A stretch of DNA of 64,000 nucleotides from Candidatus Bathyarchaeum sp. (GCA_026014495.1 JAOZIF010000150.1:1131-65130); one strand, 5' to 3'; positions 41,560 to 52,478 are shown, numbered from the stretch's first letter. Numbers and translations: made by a program. Notes: a model not told the origin generated them from the sequence alone.

Positions 41560-41822
41560 TGAAACAGTCACCTCCAAAAAAGTAATCTTGTCTTTAGATT
41601 TCCAGTTGATGGGCGTCATTAAAACATTATGGTTTTATTTCACGTAACCTTGCGTTATGCTTGAAGATTTGCCACAAAAAAGGAATTGTTAAATAATTTC
41701 ATAATCCAACATTATTATCGACTGGCACTTGTCAAACACATCAATGGAACTAGTTATCATTCACTCAAAATCAAACAAGAGATTTGATGCTATGCCATGA
41801 AATTTGAAGAAAAGGGGTATGA

Positions 41823-44282
41823 ATGACTAACGAAAAGAAAAAACGGATTGTCTTGGACATTGGGGGAATGAGTTGTGTTACTTGTGCCCAAACAATAGAG
41901 AAGCGGTTGCCCAAACTGAAGGGAGTAATTTATGCAACAATCAATTTTGCGGCAGAGAAGGCAATCATAGACTATGACCCTAACCTAGTTGACCAAAAAG
42001 CCATCGAGGACGCCATCTCAGAAGTTGGCTACAGAGTAATCCATCAAAATGTTACTCTAAAAATTAGCGGAATGCACTGCGCCGTCTGCGCCCAGACAAT
42101 AGAGAAGACCCTAAACCAAAAAGAGGGCGTGTACAAGGCTGTCGTCAATTTCGCTTTAGAAACTGCATCTGTCGAGTACAACGCTGAGCAAATTAGCTTA
42201 GAATCAATCAAGAAAGCCATACGCGAAGTGGGATACGACGTTATCGAACCCGAGGGGGGAGTGGAGGATGCAGAGCAAAAGGAAAGAGACAAAGAAATAC
42301 GCTCACTAAAATATAAGCTAATTTTTGCTGTAGCAATAACCCTGCCTGTGGTTATTTACAGTAATTCGCGCTTTTTGCCATTCACTTTGCCTCTAGCCGA
42401 TTTCACTCCATGGCTACTTTTTGTGTTATCTACGCCAGTTCACTTCATTGTTGGACACAGTTTCTTTGTAGGCGCATACAAAGCATTACGAAACAAGAAC
42501 CCAAACATGGATGTACTAGTTACAATAGGCACATCAGCCGCGTACTTCTATAGCGTCTACATTACACTCTTGGGCGAAGGCAACCTGTATTACACCACCG
42601 CCGTATCATTGATGACCTTTCTTATTCTGGGCAGATTATTGGAGGCTACAGCCAAGGGCAGAACCTCCGCGGCTATAAGAAAACTCATGGGGCTTCGAGC
42701 CAAAACCGCGCGAGTAATACGTGACGGCAACGAAATCGAAGTTCCCGTGGAAGAAGTTCAGGTCGGCGATGTTGTTGTTGTTCGTCCCGGAGAGAAGATA
42801 CCCGTTGACGGGATAGTGACTGACGGCTACTCTGGGGTTGATGAGAAGGTGATAACTGGAGAAAGCATCCCTGTGGAAAAGAAGGTAGGCGACTCGGTTG
42901 TGGGCGCAACCATAAACAAAACTGGTATGCTCAAATTCAAGGCAACAAAGGTCGGCGCTGACACGGTTCTTGCCCAGATTATTAAGCTGGTTGAAAACGC
43001 GTTGGGGTCAAAGGCGCCCATCCAAAGGCTAGTGGATGTTGTAAGCAGCTACTTTGTTCCCGCCGTATTGATAACCGCAACATCCGCTTTCATTGTTTGG
43101 TATCTGCTGGGAATGGGTTTCACTTTTGCGCTCACCATCTTTATTGCCGTTCTAATTATTGCATGTCCATGCGCTATGGGCTTAGCTACTCCAACAGCAA
43201 TTATGGTGGGTGTTGGGAAAGGGGCAGAAAATGGTGTTTTAATTAAGAGCGGAGAAGCTCTGGAAACCGCCCACAAGCTTCAGGCAATAGTGTTTGACAA
43301 GACTGGGACACTAACCAAGGGAGAGCCTGAGGTCACCGACATTATTTCTGCATCTTCTTTAGTTGGTAACCCAAAAAAAGTCAAAGTTAACGAAGAGGAA
43401 CTGTTACTGTTTGCTGCTGTTGCAGAGAAAAACTCAGAGCATCCTCTTGGAGAAGCAATAGTGAGAAAGGCAACCGAGAAGCACCTTGAGGTTGCTGACC
43501 CCGAATTCTTTAATGCCATACCCGGATACGGCGTGGAAGTGAAATACAACAAAAAGACGATTTTGCTTGGTAACCGCAAGCTGATGGAAAACAACAACAT
43601 ATCCATCAATTTGCTTGAGGAAACCATGAAGGCACTAGAGGAGAATGGCAAAACCGCTATGCTTGTGGCAGTAGATAATGAGGCTGCTGGTTTGATTGCT
43701 GTTGCTGATACTTTGATGGAATATTCTGTAGAAGCGGTGAAGACTCTGCAGAGTATGGGTCTTGAAGTGATAATGCTTACTGGAGACAATACACGAACAG
43801 CGAACGCTATTGCAAAGCAAGTTGGCGTGGACCGTGTATTGGCAGAAGTACTTCCGCAAGATAAAGCAAACGAGATTAAACGCTTGCAAGATGAAGGCAA
43901 AATAGTTGCAATGGTTGGGGATGGAATTAATGATGCTCCTGCATTAGCGCAGGCGAATATTGGAGTAGCTGTTGGAAGCGGAACCGATGTTGCTATGGAA
44001 ACTGGCGACATTGTGCTGGTAAAAAACGACCTGCGAGATGTAGTCACCAGCATCCAACTCAGCAGAGCTACAATGAGTAAAATTAAGCAAGGACTGTTTT
44101 GGGCATTCGCTTACAATACTGTACTGATTCCCGTAGCTGCTGGAGTCCTGTATCCCTTTGACATTTTACTGGACCCCATCTTTGCGGCTGCGGCGATGGC
44201 TTTTAGTTCAGTGTCCGTGGTCACCAATGCATCTCTTCTGAGACGGTTTAAACCAAAACTTGAAACAGGAGGTGAAAACTGA
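41823..44282 (+). CDS. copA: Copper-translocating P1B-type ATPase
   Basis: Two GMxCxxC domains, TGES, CPC, DKTGT, SEHP, GDGIND, YN and MAFSS motifs. Confidence 0.95.
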   Translation: MTNEKKKRIVLDIGGMSCVTCAQTIEKRLPKLKGVIYATINFAAEKAIIDYDPNLVDQKAIEDAISEVGYRVIHQNVTLKISGMHCAVCAQTIEKTLNQKEGVYKAVVNFALETASVEYNAEQISLESIKKAIREVGYDVIEPEGGVEDAEQKERDKEIRSLKYKLIFAVAITLPVVIYSNSRFLPFTLPLADFTPWLLFVLSTPVHFIVGHSFFVGAYKALRNKNPNMDVLVTIGTSAAYFYSVYITLLGEGNLYYTTAVSLMTFLILGRLLEATAKGRTSAAIRKLMGLRAKTARVIRDGNEIEVPVEEVQVGDVVVVRPGEKIPVDGIVTDGYSGVDEKVITGESIPVEKKVGDSVVGATINKTGMLKFKATKVGADTVLAQIIKLVENALGSKAPIQRLVDVVSSYFVPAVLITATSAFIVWYLLGMGFTFALTIFIAVLIIACPCAMGLATPTAIMVGVGKGAENGVLIKSGEALETAHKLQAIVFDKTGTLTKGEPEVTDIISASSLVGNPKKVKVNEEELLLFAAVAEKNSEHPLGEAIVRKATEKHLEVADPEFFNAIPGYGVEVKYNKKTILLGNRKLMENNNISINLLEETMKALEENGKTAMLVAVDNEAAGLIAVADTLMEYSVEAVKTLQSMGLEVIMLTGDNTRTANAIAKQVGVDRVLAEVLPQDKANEIKRLQDEGKIVAMVGDGINDAPALAQANIGVAVGSGTDVAMETGDIVLVKNDLRDVVTSIQLSRATMSKIKQGLFWAFAYNTVLIPVAAGVLYPFDILLDPIFAAAAMAFSSVSVVTNASLLRRFKPKLETGGEN

Positions 44283-44429
44283 ATGGCAATTGACCCAGTT
44301 TGTAAAATGAAAGTGGACGAAAAAACGGCAAAGCACAAAGCCGTTTACAAAGGAAAAACCTACTACTTCTGTGCTCCCGGATGCAAAATAGCCTTTGAAG
44401 AGAACCCTGAAAAATACCTCAAAGCATAA
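44283..44429 (+). CDS. YHS/TRASH-domain metal-binding protein (48 aa)
   Basis: MAIDPVCKM...YKGKTYYFCAPGC...PEKY; GGAGGTGA upstream. Confidence 0.9.
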   Translation: MAIDPVCKMKVDEKTAKHKAVYKGKTYYFCAPGCKIAFEENPEKYLKA

Positions 44430-44533
44430 CAAACAGACAACGCATGCAAAAATCAAGTAATGGCTAGCAGTTAACATGCTGCTTTAACATCGATAAGGTT
44501 ATTAGTTTTTTTAAACATTGAAGTTTAGCCTCT

Positions 44534-44609
44534 GGTGGGGTGGCTGAATGGTTTAGGCGGCAGCCTGCAGAGTTGCTCTATAAGGGTTCAATTCCCTTCC
44601 CCACCTCCA
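44534..44609 (+). tRNA. tRNA-Cys(GCA), intronless, with encoded CCA
   Basis: Acceptor GGTGGGG/CCCCACC, anticodon arm GCAGC-CTGCAGA-GTTGC, T arm AAGGG-TTCAATT-CCCTT, U73 discriminator. Confidence 0.95.
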
Positions 44610-44801
44610 AAACTCCTATTGTGGTCTCCTTTTTGTGATGAATCAAAAAACTATGCTACAAAGAAACTAGTTTCAAAGAAGCAAATAGTGTTCTTTGGAA
44701 CATGGTAAAGAACTGTATCTTTCTGCTCCTAAATCTGTTGGTGGTTTATCTGTGAGAAATTAGTTCATTTATGTGGAAAAAAGAGTCAATCTTGTTCTCT
44801 T

Positions 44802-45002
44802 TTAGTTTCCAACATAATATCTGTGGTTTTCAGTCTTCTTTATTTTGCCAAGAAAAACTCCTGCAAAATAGTCTAACCAGTACTGTTCTTGCAGGTCTAG
44901 TTTAGCTTCTTCAAATGTTACTGCTTTTTCTTTTGAAGTTGCGCCTGCTTTCTCAAATTTACGAATAAGTTTGTTTTGTATTTTAAATTGAATCCCGGAC
45001 AT
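44802..45002 (-). CDS. Small hypothetical protein (66 aa)
   Basis: ATG after AGGAGGG; KFEKAGATS.EKAVT pattern. Confidence 0.6.
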   Translation of the reverse strand: MSGIQFKIQNKLIRKFEKAGATSKEKAVTFEEAKLDLQEQYWLDYFAGVFLGKIKKTENHRYYVGN

Positions 45003-45326
45003 AGACAAATCTTTACTTTCCCTCCTTTTTATCCACTGTTTAGTTGATAGAAGACTCAAAATGAAGGACAAAAACTTTGATTCTTGTCAAGGTCCATTAA
45101 GAAAATACTACCACTATATAGTAACACGTTGTCTCTTATTAATACAGCACTTTTAGTGTCATGCAAGAAAGCGTGACTGTGGGTTCATTTGTTGTCTTCT
45201 CCACAACGTAAACACCATAGTAGTTTGTTTACCTGTTTTGTGCTGAGAATTACACCCAGTTTGTGGCTGGTTTAGAAAGTTTAAAGTTTAGATAAACTAG
45301 TTAACAGTGTATCAGTAGGAGAGGCG

Positions 45327-46508
45327 TTGAATCTGGAAAAGAAAAAACTAGTTTTTGTTATATGCCTCATTGTTGTTCTTTTTGCAAGTGCTTTTAGTGT
45401 ATTGGTGCTGTTGGTTGACGAAGGTCCTCAAGGTGAGGAATATGCAGCTTTAGCTGAACAATTGCTAAGTGACGCTCGAGAAGACTTTGAATCCATTCGT
45501 GGAACGCCTGTTAGGGAAGTAGTTCTTGAAGTAGTAAATGAAACATGGGTGCTCGAAAACTGGGGTGTAGCCTATGTTGACGTTGACGAAATAGCTATGG
45601 AAGAAAACATCTACAAGGCCTTGTTTATGATCGCTCAGGATGTCAACTTGACTGATGTTGAGCTTAAGTGGGTTGGCAGTTATCATGCAGCAAAGTGGAA
45701 AGGCACAATCTATGTTGTTGAAGAGAACTTTGATGTAACCAACGAGTTTAAGGCTACGTCAACTTTTGTTCATGAGTTAACCCACATCATGCAAGATGAG
45801 TACTCTTTTCCGACAAGAACAACATTTGATGGTGGCAAAGCCTTATCTTCTTTGAAGGAGGGAGATGCAACCTTAATGGCTGATACCTTCAAAAACGGTG
45901 GAGTTGTGCCTTCTTTGGCCGAAGTGAATATTCCTAGTTCGTCGACTCTTCCAGAATCTATTAACAAACTTAACAGATTTGTATACCGTTATGGTGTCGA
46001 ATTTGTTAAAGCCCTGTATTATCATGATGATGGTGGCTGGAACGCTGTTGACGAAGCATACGAGAATCCGCCTAACACGACCGAACAGATAATGCACCCT
46101 GAAAAATACTTTGCAATGGAAGATGCCCTAACTGTTGAAGCGACATCCATAACTGGGGATTGGACTTTAACAATGACGGACAGTTTTGGGGAATACTATA
46201 TTCTTGTTATGCTGGATAATTGGCTTTCCAGTGATGCTGCAAAGCTGGCAGCGGAAGGCTGGGGCGGAGATACATTCAACTATTACAATGGTGGTGACGA
46301 TTTTCTTTTTACTTGGGACATTGTTTGGGATTCTAATGAAGACGCTTACGAATTTTATACAGTATTTCAGGACATGATGGACAAAACATCTGCAACTAAC
46401 AAGACTGATGATTGCTGGTTTGCGTATGGAAGATACCTTTCAATTCAATGGACTGAAAACTCGACTTTGATATCAAGTTCAACTAATGAAACTTTGTCTA
46501 TTGGCTGA
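45327..46508 (+). CDS. Membrane-anchored zincin-like protein (Hvo_1808-like)
   Basis: N-terminal TM; HELTHIMQD, EGDA, PP.TTEQIMHPEKY, AAEGWGGD. Confidence 0.8.
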   Translation: MNLEKKKLVFVICLIVVLFASAFSVLVLLVDEGPQGEEYAALAEQLLSDAREDFESIRGTPVREVVLEVVNETWVLENWGVAYVDVDEIAMEENIYKALFMIAQDVNLTDVELKWVGSYHAAKWKGTIYVVEENFDVTNEFKATSTFVHELTHIMQDEYSFPTRTTFDGGKALSSLKEGDATLMADTFKNGGVVPSLAEVNIPSSSTLPESINKLNRFVYRYGVEFVKALYYHDDGGWNAVDEAYENPPNTTEQIMHPEKYFAMEDALTVEATSITGDWTLTMTDSFGEYYILVMLDNWLSSDAAKLAAEGWGGDTFNYYNGGDDFLFTWDIVWDSNEDAYEFYTVFQDMMDKTSATNKTDDCWFAYGRYLSIQWTENSTLISSSTNETLSIG

Positions 46509-46555
46509 AATTGTTATATACTTTTTTAGGTTTAGATTTCTCACAGCTAAGGAGA

Positions 46556-47230
46556 ATGGGGGCAATGAATAAAATAACTGATTTTTCTGACTTATCGCAG
46601 GCTCTTGTAGACAAGACACTTACAAAACAAGGGCTTCTGAAAACAGTTAGGCAAGATTTTAGTATGATTCCTTTACTGCTTACGGGAGTTGGTTCTCCAA
46701 AAGCTGCTGTTAGATACGGCTGTGCAAAAGTGCTGATGGATTTAAGTGAAGACTACCCCGAGAAATTGTATCCCCACATGGACGTATTCGTTGACATGTT
46801 GGACAGCAAGTATCGTATCATAATTTGGAATGCATTGGCTATACTCGCAAATCTAACTCGAGTTGACGCAGACAAAAAGTTTGATGCCATTTTTGACAAG
46901 TATTACAGCTTTTTAGATCACGATTACATGGTTACAGTGGCTAATGTTGTTGGCAACTCAGCTAAGATTGCGTTGGCGAAGCCCTATCTTATATCTGGTA
47001 TTACTGATGAGTTGCTCAAAGTTCAACATCTATCCTTAACTCCTCATCTAACTGAAGAATGCAAGAGAGTCATAGCTCAGCAAACTATCAAATCTTTTGA
47101 TTTGTTTTTTGACCAAATTAGTCAAAAAGAAAACGTGCTCTCCTTTGTTAAGATACATCTTGATAGCCCACGAGAAAAGCTTAGACTAGCTGCAGAAATT
47201 TTTGTTAAAAAATGGGGCAATTCATTCTAA
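46556..47230 (+). CDS. HEAT/ARM-like helical hypothetical protein
   Basis: VRYGCAKVL..LSE..PEKLYP, IIWNAL helical-repeat pattern; start may be 46565. Confidence 0.65.
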   Translation: MGAMNKITDFSDLSQALVDKTLTKQGLLKTVRQDFSMIPLLLTGVGSPKAAVRYGCAKVLMDLSEDYPEKLYPHMDVFVDMLDSKYRIIIWNALAILANLTRVDADKKFDAIFDKYYSFLDHDYMVTVANVVGNSAKIALAKPYLISGITDELLKVQHLSLTPHLTEECKRVIAQQTIKSFDLFFDQISQKENVLSFVKIHLDSPREKLRLAAEIFVKKWGNSF

Positions 47231-47395
47231 TTGTGTGGTATCGTAGCCTGATAGTGTTGCTGAATACTTGGGCTGTATGTTAAAATATGCTTTAGGACGT
47301 GAAGTGTATTTCTGTTGTTCCTGTCTACAAAAACGGATTCAGACTTCAGAACCTTTTAATTATATTATGCATAAAAACTTGAAAGGAGTTCCTAA

Positions 47396-47515
47396 ATGAA
47401 AGTAGATGAATCTTTTGAAACACTGTTGAAACGCCGCGGGTGCTCTGATAAAGCAATCAAGGAACTCTGGAAATGGTTTGATTATTCAGAAAAAAAGGGC
47501 GTTGCCAGCTTCTAA
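47396..47515 (+). CDS. 39-aa hypothetical protein MKVDESFETLLKRRGCSDKAIKELWKWFDYSEKKGVASF
   Basis: AAAGGAG upstream; TATA-like CCTTTTAAT; protein-like composition. Confidence 0.65.
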   Translation: MKVDESFETLLKRRGCSDKAIKELWKWFDYSEKKGVASF

Positions 47516-47580
47516 CAGGCTCATTTAGAATCAACTTTTTAATATTATACTTTGTAGTTATACTATCTGAGTTGGGCTAA

Positions 47581-48081
47581 TTGGTTGGAAAACAAAAAAC
47601 TGCAATCCAGATTTCTTTAATGGCTGTTATGTCCGCACTGGTAAGCGTGGGAACCCTGATTGTCCAGATTCCTAACACTATGGGCGGCTACTTTAACGTT
47701 GGAGATGTCATGATTTTTGTTGCTGCACTAACTTTTGGTCCTCTTGTAGGCGGTGTTGCAGGTGGATTAGGCTCAGCTATAGCAGATGTTATAAGCTTTC
47801 CAGTATTTGCTGTTCCAACTTTGGTTGTCAAAGGTTTAGAAGGTTTACTGGCAGGCTTGGTTACAAGCAAGAAAAGTGTTTTTCGTGATGTTCTTGCAGT
47901 AGTTATTGCTGGAACCGAGATGATTATCGGTTATTTTCTGGTTGAGGTTTATCTTTGGGGTGTAGGTAGTGCGTTGGCGGAAGTTCCGGCAAATATTGCC
48001 CAAATTGCTGTTGGTGGTCTTGTTGGAATTCCTATTGCTCTTGTTTTGCGTAGAAGACTACCTGAAATCCTTAGGGAATAA
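47581..48081 (+). CDS. ECF transporter S component
   Basis: GGYFNVGD, GLGSAIAD, PT...KGLEG, N.AQ; ~6 TM. Confidence 0.85.
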   Translation: MVGKQKTAIQISLMAVMSALVSVGTLIVQIPNTMGGYFNVGDVMIFVAALTFGPLVGGVAGGLGSAIADVISFPVFAVPTLVVKGLEGLLAGLVTSKKSVFRDVLAVVIAGTEMIIGYFLVEVYLWGVGSALAEVPANIAQIAVGGLVGIPIALVLRRRLPEILRE

Positions 48082-48161
48082 AATGTGCGTAAACATTTTT
48101 ACGGTAGCGCATACAGTTTTCTAGTCTCGATGTTTAGTTTCATTAAGGTGGACCATGAAGC

Positions 48162-49589
48162 ATGGTTGGCAACTTGTCAAGAACACCAAAAAAGCTGAAG
48201 AAGGCTCTAGTAGTTGTTTTTCGGCGTGACCCTTCAAAGGTCAAAAGTGTTTTAGAATCAGAAGGTTTTGAGGTTGTTGACCAGAACCCTGATTTTATTG
48301 TCTGTTATGGCGGAGACGGCACTGTCCTGTTTAGTGAGCGAGAGTTTCCTGAGGTTCCAAAGCTTATCATCAAAACTTCACGAGCATGCAGAATGTATGA
48401 TTATGCCCTAAGCGACCTGCGTGAGTTGTTGTCTAAGCTTAAGGATGGCAAATACCTGATTCATTTTGAGATGAAACTAGAGACAGTGGCTAAGGGCGAA
48501 CGTCTTGTTGGTTTGAATGAGATTCAGGTTCACCTAAAGTTGCCAATTTATGCTGTGAGATTTTCTTTATCTGTTGATGGAAAACAGTATAATGAGCTGA
48601 TTGGTGACGGCGTAATTGTTGCCACCTCCTTTGGTTCCACAGCATACTACAAGGCAACTGGAGGAAAGAGTTTCGAAAAGGGACTTGGCATCTCCTTTAA
48701 CAATCTGCACAACAATGATGCAAAGAGCTTTGTGGTTCCAGAAGATTCAGTTGTGACTCTGACAATCACTAGGGGTCCTGCGTGGCTGTTGGCTGATAAC
48801 AACGAAAACTTTGTTGCATTGGATGCGGGAGACAAAATAGCTATCCGCAAGTCTGAGAGTGTTGCCAATTTCATTTACTTTGATTCTCCAGTAGAGTCCA
48901 CGCCATCTAATTTGGGTGCGCATTCCTTTTTGAAGATAGGACATAGAGGAGCAAGAGCTTACGAGCCAGAGAATACCCTGCGGAGCTTCCGGAAAGCTAT
49001 TGAGCTTGGGGTTGACGCAGTGGAACTGGATGTTAGAAAAACAAAGGATGACCAGATTGTTGTTATCCACAATGATGACGTGAACAAAACCACTAATGGC
49101 AAAGGCGCGGTTAGTGAGCTTACTTTAGAACAGATAAAGCAACTATTTACCGAGAAAGGCGAGCCGATACCTACCTTAGATGAAGTGCTGGATTCTGTGG
49201 GTAAGCAGGTGAAGGTTCTTATTGAGCTTAAGGAAACTGGACTTGAAGAGCAGGTCATGGATTTGATTAGCAAGAAAGGGCTGGTTGAGAATGTGGTAAT
49301 CATTTCTTTCCATGAAGATGCCCTGAGGAATGTTAGGGCACTAAATGCTGATGTGGCAACTGGTTTGGTTTATGTGCGTCACAAGAACCCCATACAGGCA
49401 GCTTTGGATTTGAAAGCACAGTATCTGTTGTCACTGTATAGTTTCACTCACTCTGCAACCATCAAAAAAGCTCATGAAAACGGGTTAAAGGTGATTGTGT
49501 GGACCATTAATAAAAAAGAAGATGTTGCGGTCTACAGAAAAAAAGGCGTTGACGGCATAGCAAGCGACAGTCCCGACATCTTAAATTAA
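48162..49589 (+). CDS. NAD kinase - glycerophosphodiester phosphodiesterase fusion
   Basis: N-terminal GGDGT, LNE, GDG, GSTAY; C-terminal GHRGA, PENTL, ELDV, VWTIN, VDGIASD. Confidence 0.82.
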   Translation: MVGNLSRTPKKLKKALVVVFRRDPSKVKSVLESEGFEVVDQNPDFIVCYGGDGTVLFSEREFPEVPKLIIKTSRACRMYDYALSDLRELLSKLKDGKYLIHFEMKLETVAKGERLVGLNEIQVHLKLPIYAVRFSLSVDGKQYNELIGDGVIVATSFGSTAYYKATGGKSFEKGLGISFNNLHNNDAKSFVVPEDSVVTLTITRGPAWLLADNNENFVALDAGDKIAIRKSESVANFIYFDSPVESTPSNLGAHSFLKIGHRGARAYEPENTLRSFRKAIELGVDAVELDVRKTKDDQIVVIHNDDVNKTTNGKGAVSELTLEQIKQLFTEKGEPIPTLDEVLDSVGKQVKVLIELKETGLEEQVMDLISKKGLVENVVIISFHEDALRNVRALNADVATGLVYVRHKNPIQAALDLKAQYLLSLYSFTHSATIKKAHENGLKVIVWTINKKEDVAVYRKKGVDGIASDSPDILN

Positions 49590-49620
49590 GAATTAATTGG
49601 CGTTGTTCTTGCTTGGAATT

Positions 49621-49671
49621 TCTGAAAAAAGCTAGTTTTCAACAATGAACTGCTATTAGGAGACTAATATG
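49621..49671 (+). repeat. Dispersed ~50-bp element, copy D
   Basis: tctgaaaaaagctagttttcaacaatgaactgctattaggagactaatatg, between convergent genes. Confidence 0.9.
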
Positions 49672-49675
49672 CTTG

Positions 49676-50803
49676 TTATTGTTCGTGAATTGTGCCGTTC
49701 CAGAATACAAGTTTAATGTACATGCTGGTGTTGTCAGCTTCTAGTCCGTCATCGTAGATTATGTCCAGTTTGGTTCCGTATTCTTTTAGTGCATTGCTGA
49801 CGTTGACTGATAAGTCGTACGAAAAGGAATCTGCTTCCCATAGTCCCCAGATTTTGTCGTCTGGTCCTCTAAACCCGTAAGCGTAATCGGCTGGAAGAAC
49901 ATATGCCACTCGTTCATCTTGCAACGCACTGCCTCTGGGATTCTGTTGTGTGTACTCCCAGAACTGTTCCAGAGCCTCTAAATGCTCCTCTTCTAAGATT
50001 CCTTTGGTGTAATTCTCGTTTGAGTCAAAAATCAAGATGTACTCTGCACCATTATCATATGCTAAAACTAGGTCGTTATAGAGTTCTTCTCCAGACCCGA
50101 TGTAAGGATGGTCATTGTATGTCCAAGTTATTATTACTCCCCAACTCTTGTTTTGAACTGTGGCTGCTCCTCTGCAAAGTGCTACATTTAATTGTCGACT
50201 GTAATTCCAGCCAAGCTGTGCAAGCATTACGTCATATCCTGCTTTGTAGTCAAACCAGTAAAGCGCATAGTCTGAACTAAACACAGTAGGACTAACAGAA
50301 CTAGGATATCTGCGTTTAAATGACGTCAAACTTACGTTTAAATGCTCAACAAACTGGTTGCTAGCATCTGTAATATTGTCTGCTTCCCTAACTCGCAGTG
50401 AACCCCTATCCAGTTGCCGTCCACCCGCTTCGTCAAAGGCATAATAACCCAAAAAATATTTGCCCCATGTGCTTGTAGCGCTCTCTATCCATTCTGCTCT
50501 GGGTGCATGCTCGGAGTAGATTATGAAAAACATGTTTCGGTCGTACAGGTATTGGCATGTGTCGTTGAGTTTTTCTGTGTCATACGTGATTCCTGTGCAT
50601 CCAATAACAAACGTGTTCGTGTAAGATTGTACTTCGTCAATAAGCTCCTTTATTGATGCAAGGTCCTCGTAAGCTACGTCAATGCCAACATAAACATCTG
50701 GAAGTTCTTCATTCAATGTGACATTTACAAAAAAAGTTTGTTGCAAAAAAATGGCAACAATCAATGCACAGCCAACAAGTGGAATCAGGTGTTGATATTT
50801 CAT
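49676..50803 (-). CDS. Membrane-anchored secreted hypothetical protein
   Basis: N-terminal TM; aromatic-rich motifs DEAGG.QLD, SDYALYWFDY, LCRGAA, WGVIITW. Confidence 0.75.
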   Translation of the reverse strand: MKYQHLIPLVGCALIVAIFLQQTFFVNVTLNEELPDVYVGIDVAYEDLASIKELIDEVQSYTNTFVIGCTGITYDTEKLNDTCQYLYDRNMFFIIYSEHAPRAEWIESATSTWGKYFLGYYAFDEAGGRQLDRGSLRVREADNITDASNQFVEHLNVSLTSFKRRYPSSVSPTVFSSDYALYWFDYKAGYDVMLAQLGWNYSRQLNVALCRGAATVQNKSWGVIITWTYNDHPYIGSGEELYNDLVLAYDNGAEYILIFDSNENYTKGILEEEHLEALEQFWEYTQQNPRGSALQDERVAYVLPADYAYGFRGPDDKIWGLWEADSFSYDLSVNVSNALKEYGTKLDIIYDDGLEADNTSMYIKLVFWNGTIHEQ

Positions 50804-51087
50804 ATTGTTCTAACATAGCATTGGTCTTCAACATAAACCTTTTTCAAATTTTGATTCTGCCAAATTTAAGTGAATAACAACATTGGTTTTCTGTTTCAAT
50901 ATTTTATTTTTCCATTCTTTACGGTTCAAATCGAACCATTTGTTTGAATAAGTTTTCACATTTGGGATAAAGTGTATGTCTCATCGTTGATACACAAAAT
51001 TTTGTGCCTGTCATTTTGCACTATATGCTATTTTGTCTCGTTTTTAATGGGGGTTTTTCTAAAAAATTAACCAAACAAATATGGATA

Positions 51088-51495
51088 TTAAGTTTGCTTG
51101 TCAACGTGTTCCTTAAGTTCTGTTGACTTTTTGTCTGTTTCTGAATTTGCCAACTCTCTTACCGATATTAGCATATAGTCTGCCCATGCTGCAAAGTAGC
51201 CGCGGTCATAGTCTGAATAAACCTTGTTTTTGTATTCTTGTAAGAAATCTTTTCGGTTCTTTTTCAGCTCTTTTTCGTCCTCAAAGTTAAGGTTCGACAA
51301 AAACGCGTAGGAATCATTGGATTTCTGTGCAAGAAGCACCCCATCAAGAGCATGCAGGTACCCGCTGTTCCATTCGGTTTCGTTTGTTTTGTCTCTGATT
51401 CGCTCAAGCACACGTTCTGCTTCAGCAAAGCGCCTTCCCTGCAAAAGCTGGAAGAACCTAACTACAAACATCTTTGAAATTGGCATCTTAATCAA
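51088..51495 (-). CDS. Hypothetical protein coupled to radA
   Basis: Overlaps radA stop; GY..AL.G and YDRGYF..W motifs. Confidence 0.7.
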   Translation of the reverse strand: MIKMPISKMFVVRFFQLLQGRRFAEAERVLERIRDKTNETEWNSGYLHALDGVLLAQKSNDSYAFLSNLNFEDEKELKKNRKDFLQEYKNKVYSDYDRGYFAAWADYMLISVRELANSETDKKSTELKEHVDKQT

Positions 51496-52478
51496 TTCTC
51501 CGAATCATTTTCATTAACATTCTCTATTCCTCTTTCAGTAATCTTAAACACGCCTTCCCCTTCTGGTAAACGTGGACTTGAAACAAGACGTGCAATTCTA
51601 ACTGGTCCACGAGCAGATTTTCGAAGAAAAACGCGAGTGTGACTAGTGTGAGCAACTATGTGGCCGCCCACAGGATGTATAGCATCCCCAAAAAATACGT
51701 CAGGCTTTGACATCACCTGATTTGTGACAACAGCTACAGCATTAAAGCCCCGAGCCAACTTAATCAGCCTGTGCATATGCTTGTTAAGTTTTTGTTGCCT
51801 TTCTGCGAGCATCTCTCTGCCTATATATTCACTTCTGAAATGAGAAGTCAACGAGTCCACAATTATCAATCGCACTTTATTTTCTTTAATCACTTTGTCC
51901 GCGTTCTCTAAAAGAAACATCTGATGGTCTGACGTGAACGCCTCAGCAAAAATAATATTTTTAATAGCCTCTTCAGGGTCTAAACCCACATTCTTTGCCA
52001 TCTGAAAGATACGTTCAGTTCTGAATGTGTTTTCTGTGTCTATGTAAAGGGCTGCGCCGTCCAAACCGCCCTGTTCAAGAGGCAACTGCACATTCACACA
52101 CAACTGATGACAAATCTGGCTCTTGCCACTGCCATACTCACCATAAAATTCCGTGATTGACTGTGATTCAATTCCTCCGTCTAACAGTTTATCTAGCATG
52201 TTGCTTCCTGTAGTCAAACGTAGGATGTTTTGGCGCATCTTCACCAGTTCATCTCCCCTGATGAACGGGAGCGGCATGCATAACCGCGCTTTTTGAATCA
52301 GATTTTTGGCGCTCTTTTTGTTTATTCCAGCCTGCTCTAGCTCTTTAGGTGTGGTCATAGCAAGATTTTCAACTGTATGTAACCCTAGCTCCCGAAGCTT
52401 TTTTGACATAGCAGACCCTATCTCAAGGTCTTCCAAGCATTCGTATCTTTTCTTTTCTAGGGCTGCGCCTTCACTCAT
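51492..52478 (-). CDS. radA: DNA repair and recombination protein RadA (or close paralog)
   Basis: [41 protein letters not shown]. Confidence 0.9.
   Translation of the reverse strand: MSEGAALEKKRYECLEDLEIGSAMSKKLRELGLHTVENLAMTTPKELEQAGINKKSAKNLIQKARLCMPLPFIRGDELVKMRQNILRLTTGSNMLDKLLDGGIESQSITEFYGEYGSGKSQICHQLCVNVQLPLEQGGLDGAALYIDTENTFRTERIFQMAKNVGLDPEEAIKNIIFAEAFTSDHQMFLLENADKVIKENKVRLIIVDSLTSHFRSEYIGREMLAERQQKLNKHMHRLIKLARGFNAVAVVTNQVMSKPDVFFGDAIHPVGGHIVAHTSHTRVFLRKSARGPVRIARLVSSPRLPEGEGVFKITERGIENVNENDSEN

Noticed and set aside
43280-44053. 257-aa antisense ORF in copA and similar antisense ORFs in ilvD, ilvB, lysC and rrp42
   Set aside because: Shadow frames opposite well-supported genes, with no motifs of their own.
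44534-47515. tRNA-Cys as the attachment site of an integrated element
   Set aside because: No integrase and no duplicated tRNA 3' end found downstream by eye.
18404-49671. The 50-bp repeats as a CRISPR array or IS ends
   Set aside because: Copies are kilobases apart with no spacers or cas genes; no transposase, paired inverted ends or target duplications are visible here, though an IS origin cannot be excluded genome-wide.
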